A stretch of 64,000 bases of DNA from NCBI GenBank assembly GCA_900314995.1, contig OMXK01000003.1, forward strand, positions 44,868 through 108,867, written 5' to 3'. Position numbers and translations under genes: made by a program. This DNA is from an uncultured Prevotella sp. GTDB lineage: Bacteria; Bacteroidota; Bacteroidia; Bacteroidales; Bacteroidaceae. Each line of letters starts with the position of its first letter. Positions within the stretch are counted from its first letter, which is position 1. This document shows positions 38,079-47,774 of the stretch, in pieces. The notes below the pieces were generated by a model that saw nothing but the letters and a program-made list of their open reading frames with translations, searched no databases and was not told where the DNA came from.

Positions 38079-39202
38079 GAATAGGTATAGAAGCTCAGCG
38101 CATTTTCCGCAAAAACAAACATGGCATGGACTATGTGGTGTTGCAGGAAATCAAGGAACTGCAAAAGATGGATACAAAAGATGAATATTTCATCTTTGTC
38201 GCTCCAGGTGAAGACAGATGCCTGGAGGATACCAGCAATGTGCATATCATAGAAATTGGCGGTGGATTCTATCCCCTATGGGAACAGTTCACATTACCCA
38301 GAGCAGTCAAGAGACTGAATCTTGACGTGTTGCATTGTACCAGTAACACGGCTCCTCTTCGTTGCAACATTCCACTCATCCTGACACTACATGACATTAT
38401 CTTCCTGGAACCCCGCGACAAGTCAAACAAATCGCTCTACCAGAACATGGGATGGTTTTATAGAAGACTTGTGGTGCCAAGAATTCTCAAGAAATGCAGA
38501 CGTATCATCACAGTCTCTAACTTTGAGAAGAAGAACATCATGACGAAACTCAATATTCCTGAAGAGCGGATGGCCATGATCTACAATGGTTATAACGAAT
38601 GGTTCAGGCCTGTGACCGACACAAAACTGGTATACAAACAATACATTGATACCGAAGGGTACTTCTTTTTCCTAGGTAATACAGATCCCAAGAAGAACAC
38701 TGAGCGGACGCTTATTGCCTATTCAAAGTATCTTGAGAAGTCGAATGTGAAACGCAAACTATTGATGGCTGATTTGGATAAAGAATATCTTGATGGTATC
38801 ATAGAGAGGAATCATATTGAGAACATCAAGAAAATGATTGTGATGCCCGGGTATATTGTCAACAGCGATCTGCCATATATTTACAATAGTGCTTTTGCCT
38901 TCCTATACACTTCGTTGAGAGAAAGTTTTGGCATTCCCCTGCTCGAGGCTATGGCTTGTGGGACACCTGTCATTACCTCTAACACATCATCCATGCCAGA
39001 GATTGGTGGCAAAGAAGCTATCCTAATCAATCCAGAAAGTGCTGATGAGATTGCAGAGAAGATGCTGCAGCTGGAGGAAGATGATACGCTATACAAGGAG
39101 CAGGAAGAAATTGGTATTCAAAGAGCCAAACTCTTTTCTTGGAAACAGACGGCTGAGCAACTGCTAGACGTATATCATGCAATCCAAAACCAGAAATCAT
39201 AG
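38075..39202 (+). CDS. Glycosyltransferase family 4 (MtfB/mannosyltransferase-like)
   Basis: [37 protein letters not shown]. Confidence 0.9.
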   Translation: MRIGIEAQRIFRKNKHGMDYVVLQEIKELQKMDTKDEYFIFVAPGEDRCLEDTSNVHIIEIGGGFYPLWEQFTLPRAVKRLNLDVLHCTSNTAPLRCNIPLILTLHDIIFLEPRDKSNKSLYQNMGWFYRRLVVPRILKKCRRIITVSNFEKKNIMTKLNIPEERMAMIYNGYNEWFRPVTDTKLVYKQYIDTEGYFFFLGNTDPKKNTERTLIAYSKYLEKSNVKRKLLMADLDKEYLDGIIERNHIENIKKMIVMPGYIVNSDLPYIYNSAFAFLYTSLRESFGIPLLEAMACGTPVITSNTSSMPEIGGKEAILINPESADEIAEKMLQLEEDDTLYKEQEEIGIQRAKLFSWKQTAEQLLDVYHAIQNQKS

Positions 39203-39207
39203 GCTTT

Positions 39208-39546
39208 TCAGCCAAAGAGATCCAGAGATAGGTCTTGCTGAGGTTTTTCCTCTTTTTCTTCTTCGGAGGATTGTTCTTTGAAGTCCAACATCAATTGTTG
39301 GGCATCGGGATTGTTCTTGGTGTTCAGACGGTAATAGCCTCGCTGTTCCATACTTTCTATCAGCGAGGAAGGCAACTTGGAGTTTTTCAACAGGTATTGC
39401 TGAACATACGAACGGATCTCTGACAGATCAGGTGTATAAAATAATGTTGAATTCTGGTTATAGACATGCTTGGCCAACAGTTGAACACTGATGCCCTTTT
39501 CACCTACAGCTGTAAGGATCCTAAGTATCTGACGGTCGTATGTCAT
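39208..39546 (-). CDS. Hypothetical protein, possible winged-helix DNA-binding domain with acidic tail
   Basis: ILRILTAVGEKGISVQLLAKHV…GYYRL pattern; tail QQLMLDF…QDLSLDLFG. Confidence 0.65.
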   Translation of the reverse strand: MTYDRQILRILTAVGEKGISVQLLAKHVYNQNSTLFYTPDLSEIRSYVQQYLLKNSKLPSSLIESMEQRGYYRLNTKNNPDAQQLMLDFKEQSSEEEKEEKPQQDLSLDLFG

Positions 39547-39553
39547 AAAGATT

Positions 39554-39589
39554 AAAAAAGGCCGGTAAGACGATTACCGACCTTTTTTT
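39554..39589 (-). terminator. Intrinsic terminator after the DUF2582-like gene
   Basis: Minus-strand RNA GGUCGGUAA-UCGUC-UUACCGGCC-U6 (one G-U pair); A/T tracts on both sides. Confidence 0.75.
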
Positions 39590-39606
39590 ATTTGTAAGTA
39601 AATGGA

Positions 39607-39903
39607 TTAAGCCAAAGTTACTTTCTCATCTTCGTTAGCGAGCTTACCCTCCTTGAAGAGCCAACCCAAACCGAGAAGAGTCTCCTCCTCAGAAATCTTT
39701 GCAGCCTTTGCAATCTCCTTTACGGTGAGAGCCTTTCCAGCGGCTGCCAGTGCCTGATAAACATCACCAGCCTTGAAACCTGCATTCTCAGCGTTTACAG
39801 TGAGAACTGACTTAGCTGCTGCCTTCTTAACGGTTGCGGTCTTCTTTTCAGCGGCTGCCTTAGGAGCGGCGGCCTTCTTTGCTGTTGCTTTCTTTTCTGC
39901 CAT
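39607..39903 (-). CDS. Small winged-helix protein (DUF2582-like) with Lys/Ala-rich N-terminal tail
   Basis: AGFKAGDVYQAL…KEIAK…LGLGWLFKEGK resembles DUF2582; KKATAKKAAAPKAAAEKK tail. Confidence 0.75.
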   Translation of the reverse strand: MAEKKATAKKAAAPKAAAEKKTATVKKAAAKSVLTVNAENAGFKAGDVYQALAAAGKALTVKEIAKAAKISEEETLLGLGWLFKEGKLANEDEKVTLA

Positions 39904-39963
39904 AATTCTTAAAAAATTAATACTTTATTGAAGTTATACTCTTGTTCATTATTAAATCGCGTG

Positions 39964-39971
39964 CAAAAGTA
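39964..39971 (-). promoter_or_regulatory. -7 element TACTTTTG
   Basis: CAAAAGTA upstream of ATG 39903. Confidence 0.6.
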
Positions 39972-40026
39972 CGACTATTTATTCATACAAGTTATTGATA
40001 TTTAAGTATTTTTGGCAAAAAGGTAA

Positions 40027-41787
40027 CTATTCTTGACGAATATCAATTTTCAACTGCAACTCTTCAAGTTGTTTCGGGTCTAACTCACCTGGTGCATCCA
40101 GCATCACATCGCGACCACTATTATTCTTCGGGAATGCGATACAATCACGGATACTGTCGAGACCTGCCATCAACGATACAAAGCGATCGAGACCGAAAGC
40201 CAGACCTGCGTGAGGAGGTGCTCCATACTTGAAAGCATTGATCAGGAAGCCAAACTGAGCCATAGCACGCTCGGGGGTAAAGCCGAGAATCTGGAACATC
40301 TTCTCCTGAAGTTTACCATCATGGATACGGAGTGAACCGCCACCAACCTCAACACCATTGCATACGAAATCGTAAGCGACGGCACGAACCTTCTCCGGGG
40401 CAGAATCCAACAGAGGAATATCATCGGGATTAGGCATGGTAAACGGATGATGGGTAGCCATCAAGCGCTGTTCCTCATCGCTCCACTCAAAGAGCGGGAA
40501 GTCGACAATCCAGAGACAGACGAAGTTGTCCTTGTCACGAAGGCCTAGACGATCACCCATCTCAAGACGAAGCGTACAGAGCTGAATGCGAGTCTTATTG
40601 GCATTGTCACCAGAGAGAATCAGCACGAGGTCACCATCCTTGGCACCAGTTGCCTCCTTGACTTTTGCCCATACTTCAGGTTCATAGAACTTGTCAATGC
40701 TGGATTTCACTGTACCATCTTCATTAAACTTGACGTAAACAAGTCCCTTGGCACCAACCTGCGGACGCTTGACAAATTCAGTCAACTCATCGAGCTGCTT
40801 ACGAGAATAGTTAGCACATCCTGGCACACAGATACCACCGATATAGGTCGCATCGTTGAATACAGGGAAGGTACCTGTGCCTTTCAACTGATCCATCAGT
40901 TCTACAAACTCCATGCCAAAACGGAGATCTGGCTTATCAGAACCAAAGCGACGCATGGCCTCATGCCAAGTCATACGCTGAAGCGGGGGAAGTTCAACAC
41001 CACGAATCTCTTTGAACAAATGACGGGCCATATCCTCGAAAAGCTGGAGTACATCCTCCTGCTCAACAAACGACATCTCGCAGTCAATCTGTGTGAATTC
41101 CGGCTGACGGTCTGCACGCAGATCCTCATCACGGAAACACTTGGCAATCTGGAAGTATCGATCGAAACCACTGACCATCAACAGTTGCTTAAGCGTCTGG
41201 GGAGACTGGGGCAAAGCATAGAACTGCCCAGGATTCATGCGAGACGGCACCACGAAGTCGCGGGCTCCCTCAGGCGTAGAGCCAATCAGAATCGGTGTCT
41301 CAACCTCAATAAAATCCTTGGCATCAAGGAAGTTACGGATGAGGATTGTCATACGATGACGCAGCTCGAGGTTCTTACGAACAGCAGCACGGCGAAGATC
41401 GAGATAACGATACTTCATACGGATATCGTCACCGCCATCTGTATTATCCTCAATCGTAAACGGGGGTGTCAGACTCTCACTCAAGATATTGAGTTCTTTC
41501 ACCAGAATCTCGATGTCGCCAGTAGGCATCTTAGGATTCTTACTCTGACGTTCGCTCACTTCACCCTTGACCTGAATACAGAACTCACGGCCTAACTTAT
41601 TGGCACGATCACACAGTTCTGCATCATCAGCCTCATTGAAAACCAACTGTGTCAAACCATAACGATCGCGCAAATCGACGAAAGTCATACCTCCCATCTT
41701 ACGACTGCGCTGTACCCATCCGGCAAGTGTCACGACACTGCCTGCATCTGAGAGACGAAGCTCTCCACAAGTCTTGCTTCTATACAT
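40027..41787 (-). CDS. aspS: Aspartate--tRNA ligase
   Basis: [70 protein letters not shown]; ATG 41787. Confidence 0.97.
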   Translation of the reverse strand: MYRSKTCGELRLSDAGSVVTLAGWVQRSRKMGGMTFVDLRDRYGLTQLVFNEADDAELCDRANKLGREFCIQVKGEVSERQSKNPKMPTGDIEILVKELNILSESLTPPFTIEDNTDGGDDIRMKYRYLDLRRAAVRKNLELRHRMTILIRNFLDAKDFIEVETPILIGSTPEGARDFVVPSRMNPGQFYALPQSPQTLKQLLMVSGFDRYFQIAKCFRDEDLRADRQPEFTQIDCEMSFVEQEDVLQLFEDMARHLFKEIRGVELPPLQRMTWHEAMRRFGSDKPDLRFGMEFVELMDQLKGTGTFPVFNDATYIGGICVPGCANYSRKQLDELTEFVKRPQVGAKGLVYVKFNEDGTVKSSIDKFYEPEVWAKVKEATGAKDGDLVLILSGDNANKTRIQLCTLRLEMGDRLGLRDKDNFVCLWIVDFPLFEWSDEEQRLMATHHPFTMPNPDDIPLLDSAPEKVRAVAYDFVCNGVEVGGGSLRIHDGKLQEKMFQILGFTPERAMAQFGFLINAFKYGAPPHAGLAFGLDRFVSLMAGLDSIRDCIAFPKNNSGRDVMLDAPGELDPKQLEELQLKIDIRQE

Positions 41788-41817
41788 ATTTATTATATTT
41801 TTATTCTGTTTGAGGTG

Positions 41818-41825
41818 CAAAGGTA
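41818..41825 (-). promoter_or_regulatory. -7 element TACCTTTG (aspS)
   Basis: CAAAGGTA. Confidence 0.6.
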
Positions 41826-41853
41826 CAAATTAGCGGGTAAAATACCAAATATT

Positions 41854-41874
41854 TCTTAATTATTAATTCCTAAT
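41854..41874. repeat. Heptamer triplet TCTTAAT-TATTAAT-TCCTAAT
   Basis: Between divergent -7 boxes; same TnnTAAT consensus at 20530-20550 and 60204-60223. Confidence 0.5.
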
Positions 41875-41888
41875 TCTCTTTTTTTTAT

Positions 41889-41896
41889 TACCTTTG
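41889..41896 (+). promoter_or_regulatory. -7 element TACCTTTG
   Basis: Upstream of ATG 41922. Confidence 0.6.
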
Positions 41897-41921
41897 CCCC
41901 GAAATTTATACTTAAAACCAA

Positions 41922-42317
41922 ATGAAAATGAAAAAACTATTTGTAATGACCATGTTACTCATGTGCGGACTGACTGCTGCTTTAGCACAGAAGCCGGCAG
42001 AGATTAGATTCGACAAACTGACACACAACTTCGGGACCTTCTCAGAGAAAGAACCTGTTGTCACTTGTACTTTTACATACACCAACATTGGAGAACAACC
42101 GCTGATTATCAATCAGGCTGTTGCCTCTTGCGGCTGTACTGTTCCTGAATATACGAAGGAGCCTGTTAAACCAGGCGAGAAGGGACAGATTAAGGTGACT
42201 TACAATGGCACAGGCAAGTTCCCGGGGCATTTCAAAAAGTCCATTACCATCCGATCCAACGGAGCGGTTGAAATGACCAGGCTCTATATCGAAGGAGATA
42301 TGACAGAAGCTAAATAA
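41922..42317 (+). CDS. DUF1573 domain secreted protein
   Basis: Signal peptide; HNFG, FTYTNIGEQPLII, SCGCT, PGEKGQIKV. Confidence 0.85.
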   Translation: MKMKKLFVMTMLLMCGLTAALAQKPAEIRFDKLTHNFGTFSEKEPVVTCTFTYTNIGEQPLIINQAVASCGCTVPEYTKEPVKPGEKGQIKVTYNGTGKFPGHFKKSITIRSNGAVEMTRLYIEGDMTEAK

Positions 42318-42353
42318 ACGAAATCACCCGCCGATTGGCGGGCGATTTCGTTT
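42316..42353. terminator. Bidirectional intrinsic terminator between convergent genes
   Basis: aaacgaaatcacccgcc-gatt-ggcgggcgatttcgttt, 17-bp stem with one mismatch/wobble. Confidence 0.85.
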
Positions 42354-43534
42354 TAGAATGTATAGGCAAAACCCAAAGAGCTATACTCCTTAAACTGCCA
42401 ATAACCTAAATCATCGTCATACAGACTAGCATCGTCGAAACGTGGGAAGAGGAACAGATTGGCGGTGATGTACTTCGACACACGGAGTTCAAATGTATTC
42501 TCCCACTCTATCTCCGCACGCTTGAAAGACGTAAACGCATAGAAACGTGTCTTCCAAGTTACGACATCATTGAATTTCCACACCAAGTCGGCAGTCATAT
42601 TCGGGCCAAACTCAAACATGGAATGCTTCCCTGGATCGAGACCATAACTTGGACCCAAATCAACTCGACCTACATAACGATAGTTAACAGCAATTGGAGA
42701 GAAGTTGATGGTTCCCGTCAACTTCTGATTTTTCGACTCAACCTTATAATCCATACCAAGACCGAGATTTATATTTAAAGGAGAGAAGAAATCCGAATAA
42801 ATCTTTGGATCATTTGACTTATAGCCCTGAGTAAATTGCGTATAGGCCTGTAACTGAAGTGTATAGTACCAATTCTTAGCTGCTTCAAGTCCAAGTTTGC
42901 TCGTCAGACGAATCAGATCTTCGTTAGACTTGAATTTATGGAGTGAGTCTGTACGAGAACGGAGGAAACCTAGTTTCAACTCCAGCTTATTGTCCCACTT
43001 CCATTTATTCTTATTATCAAAATTAGCCTCTGCCGTCAAAGCACCTACCATCGAATAGTTGCTTTCACCACCTTTGTACCAGTTGCCAGACACATAGTTC
43101 TGCATAAACTGAAGGAAGCCGTCCCCCTTGTAAGTCCAGAATTTGGGTTTCTGAACCATTACGGTATCGGGAATATCCTCTGGGGCATCCACCAAAGGCA
43201 CGGTATCAACCTTGTTTACAAACTCAACCTCATTGATAATCGGCTGATACAAATCTTCTCGAATAGATCCTGTCTCTTCCAGATCCGTCTCGGTAGTACG
43301 AACCAGATCAGGACGTTTCAGATACACTTTCAGCAATGCAGCATCAACCTCATCGGCTACCCGATCCTTACCTGCTGACTCAGAGTTTAAAGCTAATGTC
43401 TTGTCGGCGACATTGTGATAGAACGTCAATGGTGCGAACAGCCGATAATAGCGTCCGTCCAGACTGTCATTTGGCTGTGCGGCACTCGCGCTGAGCGCTG
43501 AGATCACCGCAAATAATAATGTGACTTTTCTCAT
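42353..43534 (-). CDS. DUF3078 outer-membrane beta-barrel protein
   Basis: Signal peptide from ATG 43534; QNYVSGNWYKGGESN, KSNEDLIR, TQFT.GY, C-terminal YTF. Confidence 0.8.
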   Translation of the reverse strand: MRKVTLLFAVISALSASAAQPNDSLDGRYYRLFAPLTFYHNVADKTLALNSESAGKDRVADEVDAALLKVYLKRPDLVRTTETDLEETGSIREDLYQPIINEVEFVNKVDTVPLVDAPEDIPDTVMVQKPKFWTYKGDGFLQFMQNYVSGNWYKGGESNYSMVGALTAEANFDNKNKWKWDNKLELKLGFLRSRTDSLHKFKSNEDLIRLTSKLGLEAAKNWYYTLQLQAYTQFTQGYKSNDPKIYSDFFSPLNINLGLGMDYKVESKNQKLTGTINFSPIAVNYRYVGRVDLGPSYGLDPGKHSMFEFGPNMTADLVWKFNDVVTWKTRFYAFTSFKRAEIEWENTFELRVSKYITANLFLFPRFDDASLYDDDLGYWQFKEYSSLGFAYTF

Positions 43535-43543
43535 AACTGAATG

Positions 43544-43602
43544 CAAAGATACAATTTTTTCTTCATAGAATGCATACATTTCGTATTTTTTTAGTAATTT
43601 TG
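43544..43602. promoter_or_regulatory. Divergent -7 elements: TATCTTTG (minus, 43544-43551) and TAATTTTG (plus, 43595-43602)
   Basis: Exact TAnnTTTG matches upstream of DUF3078 and yidC. Confidence 0.6.
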
Positions 43603-43645
43603 CACCTTGATTTATCGCGTACATTAATAAATAAAGCAAAAATAA

Positions 43646-45532
43646 ATGAACAGAGACACTTTAATCGGCTTCATTCTGATAGCATTGGTCCTAATTGGAT
43701 TCAGCTGGTATAACCAGCCTTCTGCTGAAGAAATTGAAGCCGCACGCAAGCAAGACAGTATCGCTGCAGCCATTAAGGATAACGCTGCCAAAAAGCAGAA
43801 AGCTGACGAGGCAGCCCGTAAGGCTCAGGCCGAAGAAGAAGCCAAAGGAGACTCTACCGCCCTTTTCTTTTCGGCACTTAACGGTACCAACCAGCCCATT
43901 GTGCTGAAGAATGACAAGGTTGAACTGACCTTCAACACCAAAGGTGGCACCATCAGCAAGGCTATCATCAAAGGGTTTGAGGATCGTGACAACAAGATGA
44001 ACGTGACACTCTTCGACGAGAATACCCAGCAGATGAATTTCATGTTGTCGGGCAAGTCGGAGAACATTATCACCCAAGACTTATTCTTCACACCCTCAAA
44101 CGTTACGGACAGTACGGTTACGATGACTGCACAAGCAGGTAACGGCGGAAGCATCGTTCTCGACTATCAGTTGGGCAAAGATTACATGTTACATTTCATG
44201 TTGCGTACCAACGGACTAAACGGACTCTTTGCTCCCAGTTATAAGGAGATGGACATCGAATGGACTGACAAGGCCCGTCAGCAGGAGAAAGGGTTCACCT
44301 TTGAAAACCGATATGCAACCCTTACTTATAAGGAGAAGAATGGTGGCACAGACTATCTGAGTGAGACATCCGAAAAAATCGATGAGAAGATAGAGGAATC
44401 ACTTGACTGGGTAGCTTTCAAGAACCAGTTCTTCTCAGTGGCCCTGATCTCGAAAGATGACTTTGCCGCCAACTCGCTGATGACCAGTATCCCGCAGGAA
44501 AAAGGCTCCGGCTATCTGAAGCAGTTTAATGCCAAGATGAAGACGGCTTTTGACCCATCGGGTATCCATCCAACAGAGTTCGAGATGTACATCGGTCCCA
44601 ACGACTTCCGTCTCATCAAGGATGTCGAGGAGCAGAGCACCTTCGGCAAGGAACTCGACCTGGAACAGCTCGTCTATCTCGGATGGCCGCTCTTCCGTTA
44701 CATCAACCGTTTCTTCACGATCTACGTATTCGACTGGCTCACCTCATGGGGTTTCTCAATGGGTATCGTCCTTATCCTGATAACCTTGTTGCTGAAGGCC
44801 ATTACCTTCCCGATGGTGAAGAAGAGTTACATGTCGTCAGCAAAGATGCGTGTATTGAAGCCGAAACTCGATGAGGCTACCAAGCAGTATGATAAGCCAG
44901 AGGACTCTATGAAGAAACAGCAGGAGATGATGAGTCTCTATGCAAAGTATGGTGTCAGCCCCTTGAGTGGTTGTCTGCCCATGCTGATTCAGATGCCTAT
45001 CTGGATTGCCATGTTCAATTTTGTGCCAAATGCCATTCAGTTGCGCCGGCAGTCGTTCCTCTGGATCGACGACCTCTCGACCTATGATCCCATCATCGAA
45101 TGGGGCACCCAGATCTGGGGTATCGGTGACCACCTCTCACTGACCTGTATCCTCTTCTGTGTATCCAACGTCCTTTATTCTTATATGACGATGCGTCAGC
45201 AGAAGGATCAGATGGTAGGACAGCAGGCTGAACAGATGAAGATGATGCAATGGATGATGTATCTTATGCCACTGATGTTCTTCTTCATGTTCAACGACTA
45301 TTCATCAGGTCTGAACTTCTACTACTTTATCTCACTATTCTTCTCTGCAGCCATCATGTGGACGCTCCGCAAGACCACCAATGACGAGAAACTACTTGCC
45401 ATTCTTGAGGCAAAGTATCAGGAGAACAAGAACAATCCGAACAAGAAGACGAGTGGACTTGCTGCACGTCTTGAGGCCATGCAGAAGCAGGCAGAAGAGA
45501 TGCAGAAACAGCGCATGAACCAAAAGAGATGA
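43646..45532 (+). CDS. yidC: Membrane protein insertase YidC
   Basis: N-terminal TM, periplasmic domain WVAFKNQFFS, LGWP, MGIVLILITLLLK, SSAKM..LKP, GCLPMLIQMP, FLWIDDLS. Confidence 0.96.
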   Translation: MNRDTLIGFILIALVLIGFSWYNQPSAEEIEAARKQDSIAAAIKDNAAKKQKADEAARKAQAEEEAKGDSTALFFSALNGTNQPIVLKNDKVELTFNTKGGTISKAIIKGFEDRDNKMNVTLFDENTQQMNFMLSGKSENIITQDLFFTPSNVTDSTVTMTAQAGNGGSIVLDYQLGKDYMLHFMLRTNGLNGLFAPSYKEMDIEWTDKARQQEKGFTFENRYATLTYKEKNGGTDYLSETSEKIDEKIEESLDWVAFKNQFFSVALISKDDFAANSLMTSIPQEKGSGYLKQFNAKMKTAFDPSGIHPTEFEMYIGPNDFRLIKDVEEQSTFGKELDLEQLVYLGWPLFRYINRFFTIYVFDWLTSWGFSMGIVLILITLLLKAITFPMVKKSYMSSAKMRVLKPKLDEATKQYDKPEDSMKKQQEMMSLYAKYGVSPLSGCLPMLIQMPIWIAMFNFVPNAIQLRRQSFLWIDDLSTYDPIIEWGTQIWGIGDHLSLTCILFCVSNVLYSYMTMRQQKDQMVGQQAEQMKMMQWMMYLMPLMFFFMFNDYSSGLNFYYFISLFFSAAIMWTLRKTTNDEKLLAILEAKYQENKNNPNKKTSGLAARLEAMQKQAEEMQKQRMNQKR

Positions 45533-45536
45533 CTAT

Positions 45537-47741
45537 ATGAAGAAATATCTGGTAATTCTTGTTGTACTAGCCAATCTAGTATTTCAAGCTAACGCACAAG
45601 ACGAAGTGAAAATCGGGAAACAGAATATCAAGCTCACGAGCGACCTGATGACCCCAGAAGCCCTTTGGGCTATGGGGCGTATCGGTCAGGCTGAGGCCAG
45701 TGCCGACGGTAAGCAGATTGTCTATCAGGTAGGCTATTATAGTGTAAAGGCTAATAAGAGTCAGCAGAAGATTGCAGTGATCAATGCCGATGGCACCAAT
45801 AATGTCACACTAACCACAGGCACAAAGTCGGAGACTGATCCTACTTGGTATCATGGTAAGATCGCCTTCCTCTCCGGGGGGCAGATCTGGACTATGAATG
45901 CTGACGGTTCTGACCGCCAACAGCTTTCAAAGACATCGAAGGATATCGAGGGATTCAGATTCTCTCCTGACGGCAGTAAGGTCATCTTGCTCCATAGCAT
46001 CGATTTCCATGAGGTCATCAAGAAGAATCCTGATGATCTTCCTAAGGCTACAGGTCGTTTGGTAACAGATCTGATGTATCGCCATTGGGACCATTATGTA
46101 GAGAGTATCCAGCATCCCTTTGTTGCTGAAGTAACCGAGGATGGTATCAAAGACGGCATCGACATGCTTGAGGGCGAGCCATTCGAGTGTCCGATGGAAC
46201 CTTTCGGAGGTATGGAACAACTGGCATGGAGTCCTGACTCCAAGTCTATTGCCTATACTTGTCGCAAGAAGACGGGCACAGCCTATAGCATTTCAACCGA
46301 TTCCGACATTTATTTATATAATATAGGTACGCGCGAGACAAAGAATCTCTGCAAGCCTGCTGACTATGTTGAACCAGAGATTAACCCAACTGTTTCGATG
46401 AAGTATCAGGAGGTGAATTCACAAGAGAATCTGAAGAACAATGTGGGCTATGACACCAATCCGAAGTTCTCACCTGATGGTAAGTATGTTGCCTGGCTCT
46501 CAATGGAACGCAATGGCTATGAGGCAGACCGCAACCGTCTGTGCTGCTACGACTTAGCTACCTGTGAGAAGAAATATCTCACTGAAAGTTTCGACTCTGG
46601 CGTTGAGGATTTCGTGTGGAGTGATTCTAAGGATGCCATGATTTACTTTATTGGCGTTTGGCACGCTACAGAGAATCTATATGCCATAAACTGGAAAGGT
46701 GAATTAAAACAAATTCAAACTGTTGTTTCACCTGAGTCAGGATCTGACGGACAGAAGAATAATCCTTGGGCAGACTTTGGTGCTATCCAACTGATGAACA
46801 ACGGCAATCAGTTGTTGATGGAACGTCACTCGTTTACCGCCCCTGCCGATCTCTATATCGTGACACCTAACTTCAAAAAGCCAGAGAATACCATTATTCA
46901 GCAGCTGACTTTTGAAAATAAGCACATCACCGACCAACTGGCTAAACCATCCGTCCAGCAGCGATGGGTGAAAACCACAGATGGTAAGGAGATGCTCACC
47001 TGGATTATCTTGCCACCAAACTTTGATGAAACCAAGAAATACCCCACCCTGCTCTTCTGTGAAGGTGGACCGCAGAGTCCTGTTTCACAGTTTTGGAGCT
47101 ATCGCTGGAACTTCCAGATTATGGCATCCAACGGCTATGTAATCGTAGCGCCTAACCGTCGTGGTCTACCTGGCTTCGGTCAAGAGTGGCTTGAGGAGAT
47201 CTCTGGCGACTGGACTGGGCAGTGTATGGCGGATTATCTCGCGGCCATCGACGATGCAGCCAATAACTTACCCTTTGTAGATAAAGATAAGCTAGGAGCT
47301 GTCGGAGCATCATTCGGCGGTTTTTCCATCTACTACCTTGCTGGTCATCACAACAAGCGTTTCAAGGCTTTTATCTCTCACGATGGTGCCTTTAACCTTG
47401 CTTCCATGTACTTGGAAACAGAGGAGAACTGGTTCTCCAACTGGGAATACGACGAGGCTTACTGGCATCGTCCACAGTTACCTAATGCCAAGAAGACCTA
47501 CCATGACTCACCACATAAGTACGTCGAGAACTGGGATACGCCAATTCTCTGTATCCATGGCGAAAAGGACTATCGCATCTGCTATACCCAGGGTATGCAG
47601 GCTTTCAATGCAGCTCGTATGAAGGGGATTCCTGCAGAACTGCTTATCTTCCCCGATGAAAACCACTGGGTGCTGAAGCCTCAGAATGGTGTGCTCTGGC
47701 AGCGTACATTCTTCGACTGGCTTGACAGATGGCTGAAATAA
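45537..47741 (+). CDS. S9 family peptidase (dipeptidyl-peptidase 5-like)
   Basis: Signal peptide, PD40-like propeller repeats, EGGPQ, GASFGG nucleophile, D and H (HGEKDYR, DENHW). Confidence 0.9.
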   Translation: MKKYLVILVVLANLVFQANAQDEVKIGKQNIKLTSDLMTPEALWAMGRIGQAEASADGKQIVYQVGYYSVKANKSQQKIAVINADGTNNVTLTTGTKSETDPTWYHGKIAFLSGGQIWTMNADGSDRQQLSKTSKDIEGFRFSPDGSKVILLHSIDFHEVIKKNPDDLPKATGRLVTDLMYRHWDHYVESIQHPFVAEVTEDGIKDGIDMLEGEPFECPMEPFGGMEQLAWSPDSKSIAYTCRKKTGTAYSISTDSDIYLYNIGTRETKNLCKPADYVEPEINPTVSMKYQEVNSQENLKNNVGYDTNPKFSPDGKYVAWLSMERNGYEADRNRLCCYDLATCEKKYLTESFDSGVEDFVWSDSKDAMIYFIGVWHATENLYAINWKGELKQIQTVVSPESGSDGQKNNPWADFGAIQLMNNGNQLLMERHSFTAPADLYIVTPNFKKPENTIIQQLTFENKHITDQLAKPSVQQRWVKTTDGKEMLTWIILPPNFDETKKYPTLLFCEGGPQSPVSQFWSYRWNFQIMASNGYVIVAPNRRGLPGFGQEWLEEISGDWTGQCMADYLAAIDDAANNLPFVDKDKLGAVGASFGGFSIYYLAGHHNKRFKAFISHDGAFNLASMYLETEENWFSNWEYDEAYWHRPQLPNAKKTYHDSPHKYVENWDTPILCIHGEKDYRICYTQGMQAFNAARMKGIPAELLIFPDENHWVLKPQNGVLWQRTFFDWLDRWLK

Positions 47742-47774
47742 TAATCTAGATACAAGTTATAAGAATAAAGAGAT

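Noticed and set aside
40963-41595. 210-aa plus-strand ORF opposite aspS
   Set aside because: Antisense shadow; no independent evidence
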